Source: a virus (lineage: Duplodnaviria; Caudoviricetes). Taken from it: DNA of 60,868 bases. The translations under genes were made by a program, and so were the position numbers. Below are positions 39,154 to 45,853 of this stretch, in pieces (the stretch's first letter is position 1; each line of letters starts with the position of its first letter). The stretch lies in IMG/VR virus record IMGVR_UViG_3300037584_005633, positions 1-60,868 of that record; one strand, given 5' to 3'. The notes under the pieces are model-generated. The model was not told where the DNA came from and did not search any database. It was given only the letters and a program-made list of their open reading frames with translations.

Positions 39154-39379
39154 ATTTAAATCTGTTGCCGTAAGAAAACCTGATTATGATCTATTACAAG
39201 GACTTTGTAATGCTAAGTTCAGATCACCAGCGTCAATGATATCAAAATTAGTCAATGAATATTGTGAGTTTCAAGCAGGTAAAAATAAAATGACTGTAGA
39301 ATCTTACAAACAAAAAATTTTAATTAATATAAAACCAACTAAACTAAAGAAAGCGAGGAACGGAAATGCCAGACGTTAA
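39140..39379 (+). CDS. putative ribbon-helix-helix transcription regulator
   Basis: KFKSVAV strand plus two helices (YDLLQGL, SMISKLV). Confidence 0.6.
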   Translation: MDINKFKSVAVRKPDYDLLQGLCNAKFRSPASMISKLVNEYCEFQAGKNKMTVESYKQKILINIKPTKLKKARNGNARR

Positions 39380-39617
39380 CTATGATCCAATGAAAGATTT
39401 AGCTGATGCTTTTAATGGTGTGGATAATAACCTTGAGAATGAAATAACAAGACTGCGCGCAGCTAATAAAAAACTTCAGACAACTTTAAATCAAACGCAA
39501 AGAAATCTGAATGAATTGCAGAAAAATATAAACCTTACCTGTAGTAAAGTTCTAGATATTTTAAGAGATGGTCAAGAATATGGTCATATAGAAGATTATA
39601 CGGAGATAAAAAAATGA
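39366..39617 (+). CDS. coiled-coil hypothetical protein
   Basis: Heptad pattern. Confidence 0.7.
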   Translation: MPDVNYDPMKDLADAFNGVDNNLENEITRLRAANKKLQTTLNQTQRNLNELQKNINLTCSKVLDILRDGQEYGHIEDYTEIKK

Positions 39618-39868
39618 TGTCCGATAAGGATTGTATAGATTTTAACAATTATCTTGATGATTTGAAGACAGGAGTTAGAGAAATAAAAGTAGATAATTAT
39701 ATTAGATACCATGTTCACTCTGTAAAAGGTGGCCATGATATTACTATCGTGACAGGCGATGAAAAAGATCTTAAAAATGTCGTAGCACAGAAGTTCATGT
39801 GTCGATGGCCTGTAGGTAGAAACCCAAGAACAAAACCCTTTACACATGCCAAAGAAAAAGATAAATAA
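39614..39868 (+). CDS. hypothetical protein
   Basis: Coupled ORF, RBS. Confidence 0.7.
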   Translation: MMSDKDCIDFNNYLDDLKTGVREIKVDNYIRYHVHSVKGGHDITIVTGDEKDLKNVVAQKFMCRWPVGRNPRTKPFTHAKEKDK

Positions 39869-40106
39869 AAAGAATATGAAATTTAGTGAACCTTACAAGA
39901 TTTGTAGGAATTGCAACGGAAATGGATATGTAAGAATTATACCCTATTCTGAGACGCAAACCTGCAAAGAGTGTAAAGGAGCAGGTCACTTTGAGAATGA
40001 AAAAATAACCACGAACCAAGAACCAGCAATAGACAACGAGTTTTTATTTAAGCTGTTAGATCTAATTAAGGAGTTCATTCGTGGCAAAAAAAGAACAATC
40101 CACTAA
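39846..40106 (+). CDS. DnaJ-type zinc-finger protein
   Basis: CRNCNGNG and CKECKGAG. Confidence 0.75.
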   Translation: MPKKKINKKNMKFSEPYKICRNCNGNGYVRIIPYSETQTCKECKGAGHFENEKITTNQEPAIDNEFLFKLLDLIKEFIRGKKRTIH

Positions 40107-40344
40107 TCAATTCTTAGAAGCACTTAAAATTCTAGCAAACAAACTAGATAAAAAACAGTACAATAAGGTAACTAGTATTATGTTTCGTCTGTATATGGGC
40201 GATAAGATTGGTTATCGAAGTACTTTTGATCCACAGGTCATGGCTGATATTAATGCTGTATGGCAATTTGGCAGAGAAAAAAAAGTAGAAAAGAAAGCTA
40301 AACTTTACAAATTAAAGATCATAAGGGGTGGAAAAAATGAGTAA
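40081..40344 (+). CDS. hypothetical protein
   Basis: AAGGAG RBS, GTG start; LKIIRGG end. Confidence 0.7.
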   Translation: MAKKEQSTNQFLEALKILANKLDKKQYNKVTSIMFRLYMGDKIGYRSTFDPQVMADINAVWQFGREKKVEKKAKLYKLKIIRGGKNE

Positions 40345-40543
40345 GAGTCGTTACACTATAGAGATGTCGTTAAAAGATCATTTAATACCAGATTCAGGAA
40401 AGTATGCTGGTGAGGATATTCATAAGGTCATTGATGATGTACATACTGATTATGAGGACTCAAAAAACAAAAGAAGAAATATAGAATTAACTATTTACTA
40501 TCGTGACTTACTCTCTTTCCTTATTAAAAATTATGGGCACTAG
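40328..40543 (+). CDS. hypothetical protein
   Basis: Coupled ORF. Confidence 0.6.
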   Translation: MEKMSKSRYTIEMSLKDHLIPDSGKYAGEDIHKVIDDVHTDYEDSKNKRRNIELTIYYRDLLSFLIKNYGH

Positions 40544-40964
40544 TATTGCTTCGCAGCTATTGCAATCAGATGTAAATCCAGACACTAAACTTTGGAGAGG
40601 CGTATTGTGTAATGCAATTGAGGACGCACAACAAAAATCACAAGAACGTAAACCCTCGATTTTTAAGTGTGATGCACACGAATGGATCATGAGTAATGTA
40701 ACTGACTTTCATCAAGTATGTTATTACGCAGGTTTTGAACCTGAAGTTGTAAAAGAAAAATATAAAGTTGCTATCATGAGAGGCGATATTCAATTCTCTC
40801 CACGCAATTTTGCTTGGAAAAAATATTCACAACAATTTACTAAATACAGAAAATGCAAGGATCCAGAATCAAAATCATACCATCGTAAACATCTAGAACA
40901 TTTAAGAAAATGTGTTGATTTGTGTACAACTGTTTTTATATCGAATTTAGTTACTTCCCTATAA
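40533..40964 (+). CDS. conserved hypothetical protein
   Basis: LWRGVL.NA.EDA...W...DF..VC..AG. Confidence 0.75.
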   Translation: MGTSIASQLLQSDVNPDTKLWRGVLCNAIEDAQQKSQERKPSIFKCDAHEWIMSNVTDFHQVCYYAGFEPEVVKEKYKVAIMRGDIQFSPRNFAWKKYSQQFTKYRKCKDPESKSYHRKHLEHLRKCVDLCTTVFISNLVTSL

Positions 40965-41003
40965 ACGAAAAGGGCCAGCACAGTCTCCCGGTCTGGCCCT
41001 TCT
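40962..41003 (-). terminator. intrinsic terminator (minus strand, possibly bidirectional)
   Basis: AAGGGCCAG/CTGGCCCTT stem; minus-strand UUUUCGUUUA tail. Confidence 0.75.
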
Positions 41004-41045
41004 CCAACTAACTTAGAAAGAAATAATTACGGAACGTAATTATAA
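40962..41045 (-). ncRNA. candidate sRNA 2
   Basis: TTGACT-17-TATCTA promoter (41079-41051), 9-bp hairpin, U/C-rich linker, terminator; no ORF. Confidence 0.5.
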
Positions 41046-41084
41046 AATCTTAGATAGTAGTTCTATTGAAATAAGTCAAGTCAT

Positions 41085-41134
41085 TTTTCCTCCTATGTTA
41101 GATAAGGGAGCATAATATGAAAAACAAATCATAC
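41085..41134 (-). ncRNA. candidate sRNA 1
   Basis: TTGACA-17-TACTGT promoter (41169-41141); two small hairpins; anti-RBS/anti-AUG sequence. Confidence 0.45.
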
Positions 41135-41257
41135 CTGGTCACAGTATCGTGGTGCGTCATTGATGTCAAAGTAATAATTACTTTAGAATCGTTCTAAATT
41201 AGTATTTACCCACTGAACGGGATCGGTAGGTTAAAAAGCCAATAAACACGTGACACG

Positions 41258-41506
41258 CTCCTAGAACCAGCCATATACCCACTGCTTAGAAAAAAAATTT
41301 ATTATTTTTTTCTTAAAACTTAAGAAAATATCTAGGAGTCTAGGAATTTTAGTCTATTTACTTTGATACATAAGGGTTTTTTTACTCCTAGAACCAGTAA
41401 AAAAGCTAGGAGTACTCCTAGAAAAGCTAGGAATATTCATTTCTCTTACGAGCAAGCTATACAAAAAAATTACAGGGTATTTTATTTTCTAAGGAAGAGG
41501 TATATA
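41258..41506. repeat. CTAGGA/TCCTAG iteron cluster with palindrome (origin or packaging site candidate)
   Basis: 7 copies; CTCCTAGAACCAG x2; perfect CTAGGAGTACTCCTAG 41406-41421; A/T tracts. Confidence 0.75.
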
Positions 41507-41514
41507 GTAATTTC

Positions 41515-42027
41515 ATGCCCAAGAAAGCAAATCAATTGAAGACAATATCTGAATTAACACCAAAACAACGTAAGTTTGTTGATATATATGTAGCAAACTA
41601 TGGCGAGATTTCGAAGGTTGAGGCAGCTAAACAAGCAGGCTTTACCTCAACTAACAAGTATGGTCCAACAGATCAGGCTAGTAGATTATTAAACCCTGAT
41701 AAAAACCCACATGTCGTAAGATACTATGAAAAACGTATGGCACAAGAATTAGAAAAGGAAGAAAAAGATAAACTCCTGTCGTATAAACATTATGCTCGAA
41801 TGAGAGACACATCAGAAAAAAAAGGCCAAATGACAGCTGCAATAACAGCTCAATTTAGAAGAGATCAAATGGCTGGTCATTTTGTAGATAGAAAAGAAAT
41901 TAGTCATATTGGATTAGAGGGTATGTCTAGAGAACAATTGGAGAAACGACTTGAGGAACTTGAAAATAAGATCGGAGACGCCAAAAACATCATTGACGTT
42001 ACGCCAGATCAAATTACTGAAAACTAA
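41515..42027 (+). CDS. terS: terminase small subunit
   Basis: LTPKQRKFV..Y..AAKQAG..ASRLL HTH pattern. Confidence 0.85.
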   Translation: MPKKANQLKTISELTPKQRKFVDIYVANYGEISKVEAAKQAGFTSTNKYGPTDQASRLLNPDKNPHVVRYYEKRMAQELEKEEKDKLLSYKHYARMRDTSEKKGQMTAAITAQFRRDQMAGHFVDRKEISHIGLEGMSREQLEKRLEELENKIGDAKNIIDVTPDQITEN

Positions 42028-42127
42028 AGATTGGAAAGATTTCTTGACAGTCTTCAACGAAGTACATAATAGTACTCTTGTGACATCCATAGGTGTTGTT
42101 TCAATTAAAACAAAGGATGATAAATGA
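41993..42127 (+). CDS. possible 44-aa hypothetical protein (not in track)
   Basis: TTG start; fills gap; ATGA coupling to next gene. Confidence 0.4.
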   Translation: MTLRQIKLLKTKDWKDFLTVFNEVHNSTLVTSIGVVSIKTKDDK

Positions 42128-42456
42128 AAAGTAAAAGACTTTTGAAAAAAACAAAACACATTGATGTAAACATAAAATTCCCAAAAGAAAAAATAGAACA
42201 TTATCCTTTTGTAGAGGTGCATTGGTTGGATATCGTAGGTGAAACGGGTTGGCAAACTTTTGAACAGCTTAAGAAGTCACAACTTGGTAGAATGATTTCA
42301 CGAGGTTGGATGGTTTCACGTGCAAAAGGTGTTACTAGGATTTTTGCTGACTATGGACTCAAAGATGGAAGAGATGGAGATGAAGGTCATATTGAAACTA
42401 TTGGTGGCACTACTATTATTCCTAATTCAGTAATTACAAAGATCGTGAGATTATAA
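42124..42456 (+). CDS. conserved hypothetical protein
   Basis: V.WLDI...W...S.GW...IP..VI. Confidence 0.75.
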   Translation: MKSKRLLKKTKHIDVNIKFPKEKIEHYPFVEVHWLDIVGETGWQTFEQLKKSQLGRMISRGWMVSRAKGVTRIFADYGLKDGRDGDEGHIETIGGTTIIPNSVITKIVRL

Positions 42457-42668
42457 TGGATCTTATTTTGTTAAATGATGGCTTGTATCAACTTGTAGCT
42501 GTAACTCAAGAGATGATGAAAGGTATAGAGATTATGGCTGAAGTGGATTGTTTTGATTTATGCGATATTCTTAGATTACACCTTACTACATATTACGATG
42601 CACCCCATAATGTTCATGTTATGAATAATGGTACAGGAGACTTTTACGGCTGCATTTGCAATTCTTGA
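42456..42668 (+). CDS. hypothetical protein
   Basis: Coupled ORF; CFDLC..GCIC. Confidence 0.7.
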   Translation: MDLILLNDGLYQLVAVTQEMMKGIEIMAEVDCFDLCDILRLHLTTYYDAPHNVHVMNNGTGDFYGCICNS

Positions 42669-42679
42669 CCGATTTAAAA

Positions 42680-43063
42680 ATGGCTCAAAGCAAAGAATCT
42701 AAGCTGTGGAATGACATTAAAAATTTAGATAGAGATTGGCATTTTACTCGCATAGAATCTAGCACAATTAATGGTATTCCCGATGTACATTGTGTCGTAA
42801 ACAAGCAAGTATTTTGGCTTGAACTCAAAGCGAACACCAGCAAGAATTGTGGCTTGTCAAAGTACCAAATCAATTGGCATATTAAATACTTGAAAGCAGG
42901 TGGTAAAGCGTATATCTTGAATAGGCCCCTCTTGCACGCGCCTATTGAACTTCTGGCCGTGTCCCGTGAATCCCGAATCCCCGTCATTATCCGCAAGTCC
43001 CACGACTTGAGGACCCTGGTTCAGGAGGCAGCTGGCCATCCTTCACCGGGATCTGGGGCGTGA
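42680..43063 (+). CDS. VRR-NUC / Holliday junction resolvase-like nuclease
   Basis: ESKLW..RIE..GIPD..WLELK..Q..W. Confidence 0.85.
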   Translation: MAQSKESKLWNDIKNLDRDWHFTRIESSTINGIPDVHCVVNKQVFWLELKANTSKNCGLSKYQINWHIKYLKAGGKAYILNRPLLHAPIELLAVSRESRIPVIIRKSHDLRTLVQEAAGHPSPGSGA

Positions 43064-43310
43064 ACCCCGTCCCGTGAAGAAAGCCCGTAGTTGCTTGATT
43101 ATTTGATCTTGACAGGAGCTGGCCAGGCGAGCAGCTGGTAAACCTGAAGCCCGATGCCGTTGGAAACCCCATAGTTCCCTGCTTTTTTCAACTGCTCTGG
43201 GACCCAGATGCTGGCAGCAGGTAGCTCGTTTCCCACCCCCACGTCCCGAATGGATCAGGGGTTTGCTTTTGAACTCATAAAGCTCTGGCCAGCAACCAGC
43301 AGCGTAACTT
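42960..43310 (+). repeat. GC-rich bipartite repeats (CCC[A]CG/CCCGT clusters alternating with CAGC/CTGG clusters), block 1
   Basis: About four units roughly 80-100 bp apart; GC far above genome average. Confidence 0.65.
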
Positions 43311-43341
43311 GTGCTTCAGGAAAAGTTCTGAAAAATAGTTC

Positions 43342-43370
43342 TTGACATTTATCCCATGTAATCTTATGTA
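43342..43370 (+). promoter_or_regulatory. sigma70 early promoter containing ATCCCAT/ATCTTAT boxes
   Basis: TTGACA-17-TATGTA. Confidence 0.7.
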
Positions 43371-43376
43371 AGGTCT

Positions 43377-43420
43377 GCGCACGGCAATGGTGTTGAACTA
43401 ACCATTCAACTGCTGTGCGT
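43377..43420 (+). ncRNA. structured 5' leader
   Basis: GCGCACGGCA/TGCTGTGCGT stem enclosing interleaved ATGGT/ACCAT and GTTGAA/TTCAAC pairings. Confidence 0.55.
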
Positions 43421-43441
43421 TAACTAACAAAGGAGAAACAA

Positions 43442-43522
43442 ATGAATACAATAATACCTGAACTAATCTTTGCAGCCCTATGGTTTGCATTACTAACAGT
43501 GACGGGGGTGATCATATGGTAA
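43442..43522 (+). CDS. 26-aa single-TM peptide (not in track)
   Basis: AAAGGAG RBS; MNTIIPELIFAALWFALLTVTGVIIW. Confidence 0.65.
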   Translation: MNTIIPELIFAALWFALLTVTGVIIW

Positions 43523-43848
43523 AGCACATTATGCGTGACCCACTAGAGTCAGAAGAAGCCAAATGGGAGGAGGAGAACAATGTGGCATGGTCCTGTCCCC
43601 ATCACGGTAGAGAAACTTATTTTAATATCAAGAAACTTGAGAGGTCGCGTAAGATGCGGGAGTACGTCTACGTGTGGTTTAAGGACAAAGAGTTCGGAGA
43701 TGAAAAGATGTGGGTGAGAATCACATCGGGTGATAGATCTCGTGGACAGGGAGTCTTAGACAATCAGCCAATTAAGCTTATGTTCATGAAGCTCGGTGAT
43801 ATCGTTAAGTTCAAGACTGACGATGATGGTATCACTTGGGGGAAGTAA
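43516..43848 (+). CDS. DUF2314/YegJ-like protein
   Basis: EKMWVRI...GVLDNQP....GD.V.F. Confidence 0.65.
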   Translation: MVKHIMRDPLESEEAKWEEENNVAWSCPHHGRETYFNIKKLERSRKMREYVYVWFKDKEFGDEKMWVRITSGDRSRGQGVLDNQPIKLMFMKLGDIVKFKTDDDGITWGK

Positions 43849-43965
43849 GTGTTATGGATACTAGCCCTCGCAACACCGCTCATATTCTTTCCGAAACAAG
43901 CAGGATGGGTTTACATCCTGCTGCTGGCAGCTTTGATCCGAGGCTGCACTGGAATCTTTCACTAG
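43849..43965 (+). CDS. 38-aa membrane peptide (not in track)
   Basis: GTG start; LWILALATPLIFFPKQAGWVYILLLAALI. Confidence 0.5.
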   Translation: MLWILALATPLIFFPKQAGWVYILLLAALIRGCTGIFH

Positions 43966-44165
43966 TCTGCCCCCACGCCCACGATCCCCGTGATGCTGGA
44001 GCTCTAGAAGAGACAGCTTCTGCCTGGCCAGCTGGGAACTGGCAGCTGGTAGAATGCACCGGTAAGTACGAGTTTGCAAGGGTTTCTGCCCCCACGCCCA
44101 CGCTGCATCAGCATCAGATTACCTGAATGTTAAGCTAAGGGTCCCAGCAGCCGTCAGGGAGATGC
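43966..44165 (+). repeat. GC-rich bipartite repeats, block 2
   Basis: TCTGCCCCCACGCCCACG at ~43966 and ~44085, each followed by CAGC/CTGG-rich tract. Confidence 0.7.
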
Positions 44166-44197
44166 CGGTGGCGTAAAAAAGTTTTGGAATTTTTTAG

Positions 44198-44226
44198 TTG
44201 CAGGGAGTGATGGGATTTGATAAGAG
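44198..44226 (+). promoter_or_regulatory. sigma70-like promoter containing ATGGGAT/ATAAGA boxes
   Basis: TTGCAG-17-TAAGAG after A/T tract. Confidence 0.5.
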
Positions 44227-44259
44227 TTAGCAAACTAACTAACAAAAGGAGAAACAACT

Positions 44260-44763
44260 ATGGGCTTTGATTTATATAGTCTAGGCAATCATAAAAATAA
44301 GAATGGCGAATACTTCCGAAATAATGTTTGGTGGTGGCGTCCCCTCGCTGACTTCGTATGCGAAAAAACAAACTGCATTGAAGAAGCTGACAAGAAGAGT
44401 TGGCAACACAATGACGGACACGAAGTTGATGAGGTACTAGCAAAACAAATCGCAACGCAATTAAAAGCGTTAATTAAAAGTGGCGAGGTGTCAAAGGCAA
44501 TAAAAGAAAACGAGGAAATGCAAGAAGAAGCTGAACGCAATAATAAATTTGTTCAACGTTGCCACGATATGTTAGCAAAGAAAGTTGAAAAGGAACAAGG
44601 TAAGACAAACCTTGCACCTGCTGACTATCCGAAAGACGATCACGATACTTGGGATTGGATACAATCTAAATATAATTATGGAAGTTCCTACCCTTTCACA
44701 ATGGAAAACGTAGAGGAGTTCATAAAGTTCTGCGAAGATTCACGAGGCTTTAGAATTTGCTGA
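44260..44763 (+). CDS. conserved early protein
   Basis: Strong RBS; MGFD..G.YFRNNVWWWRPL..YPF..ENV.EF..F...S.GF. Confidence 0.85.
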   Translation: MGFDLYSLGNHKNKNGEYFRNNVWWWRPLADFVCEKTNCIEEADKKSWQHNDGHEVDEVLAKQIATQLKALIKSGEVSKAIKENEEMQEEAERNNKFVQRCHDMLAKKVEKEQGKTNLAPADYPKDDHDTWDWIQSKYNYGSSYPFTMENVEEFIKFCEDSRGFRIC

Positions 44764-44784
44764 CAACCTGCGAAGCGTGGGCTA

Positions 44785-44860
44785 ACGCCCACGCCCACGC
44801 CCACGCCCACGACAGCGTGGGGTTGGATAAAGTAAGCTGTAGCTGCCCAGCACCAGTTAC
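44785..44860 (+). repeat. (ACGCCC)x4 tandem plus CAGC tract, block 3
   Basis: ACGCCCACGCCCACGCCCACGCCCACG. Confidence 0.8.
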
Positions 44861-44943
44861 CAGTCGTGGAAGTTCGGACCAAACTATGATGTTTTTATTT
44901 GTAATACTTATATTTATTTTTTTCTTTTTAATTAAATTAATTG

Positions 44944-44980
44944 TTGATTAATCTTTTTTTATTTCTTATATATATGGGAT
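44944..44980 (+). promoter_or_regulatory. sigma70 promoter with ATGGGAT box
   Basis: TTGATT-17-TATATA-T-ATGGGAT. Confidence 0.7.
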
Positions 44981-45009
44981 AACAATTAACTTATGAAAGG
45001 AAAAATGTT

Positions 45010-45357
45010 ATGAGCAATCTAAAAAAAGTCGCAAGACTTATTAAGAAAGCTACAAAAAAAGAACAACAAGACATAGTGAATTATCACTATTCTGTTGAAC
45101 AAGTTAAGTCACAAAAGAAAGCAAATGACTTAATCAAACCATCTCATATTGAGTTGTTTGAAACTTTGAAAACAAATCTAATCATTATAAATAAAGTTGA
45201 TGATGTTGAGGGCTTTGCTCAATTAATCAAAAGAAAAATGAAAAGGTTTGATGTTGCTAAGTTCAAAGAAAAGCACCCAAAAATGTACGAGGAATTTTTG
45301 GTTGATATGGACACAACAGAAATTAAAATCAAAGTTCAAGAGAAAGGACAAAACTAA
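45010..45357 (+). CDS. early protein
   Basis: RBS; RFDVAKFKEKHPKMYEEF motif. Confidence 0.8.
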   Translation: MSNLKKVARLIKKATKKEQQDIVNYHYSVEQVKSQKKANDLIKPSHIELFETLKTNLIIINKVDDVEGFAQLIKRKMKRFDVAKFKEKHPKMYEEFLVDMDTTEIKIKVQEKGQN

Positions 45358-45358
45358 T

Positions 45359-45622
45359 ATGAGTAATCTAATCAAAATGGTTAATCAAATAGTTGAGAAT
45401 AAAGCTAACTCAAATGAAGTTGAACAAGCGAGTACCAATTCAAGTTCAACAACATTGAATTATCAATTCATGTACAAACAATTAGAAAGTGCTGTTGAGG
45501 AAATTATTATTCAGTATCCTAATGACCCAATTGTAAATGAGTTGAAAGCAAAGTTAGTTAATAATCTAAAACCTATTTTAGAAATGATAACTAACGACCC
45601 AAATCAAAACTTTGACCAATAA
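45359..45622 (+). CDS. early protein
   Basis: RBS; start reassigned to MSNLIKMV. Confidence 0.75.
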   Translation: MSNLIKMVNQIVENKANSNEVEQASTNSSSTTLNYQFMYKQLESAVEEIIIQYPNDPIVNELKAKLVNNLKPILEMITNDPNQNFDQ

Positions 45623-45630
45623 AGTTCTAA

Positions 45631-45656
45631 ACCTGTAACCCTTCGGGGTTACAGGT
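45631..45656 (+). terminator. 11-bp perfect hairpin with cUUCGg loop, no U-tract
   Basis: ACCTGTAACCC-TTCG-GGGTTACAGGT. Confidence 0.6.
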
Positions 45657-45853
45657 ACACTCTACCTTCACCACTATCACCACCTGCACCACCTTCGATA
45701 GAGGTACCAAATCTAGTTCCAATCTCAAACTAAAACACAAAATCTAGTTCCCACGTGCAACTTGTAGATGTAACTAGGCGCGCGGGCTAAAAACTCAGTT
45801 ACATAGATGTATAGAAATTTTAAACGATATGGATTATATTGAAAGGGGACCCA

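Noticed and set aside
43836-44126. 96-aa ORF and its minus-strand counterparts
   Set aside because: They run through GC-rich repeats that lack stops by composition; a 38-aa TM ORF explains the 5' part better
42960-44880. CRISPR array or mini-array
   Set aside because: No constant 25-40 bp repeat with unique spacers; repeats are short and degenerate; no cas genes (the 26446 nuclease is in a replication context)
44757-44951. 64-aa ORF with HAHAHAH
   Set aside because: Translation of the ACGCCC tandem repeat and an AT-rich promoter region; no RBS
40965-45850. tRNA genes or attP/integration module
   Set aside because: No cloverleaf with T-loop consensus and no recombinase recognised by eye; tRNAscan would be needed to exclude fully
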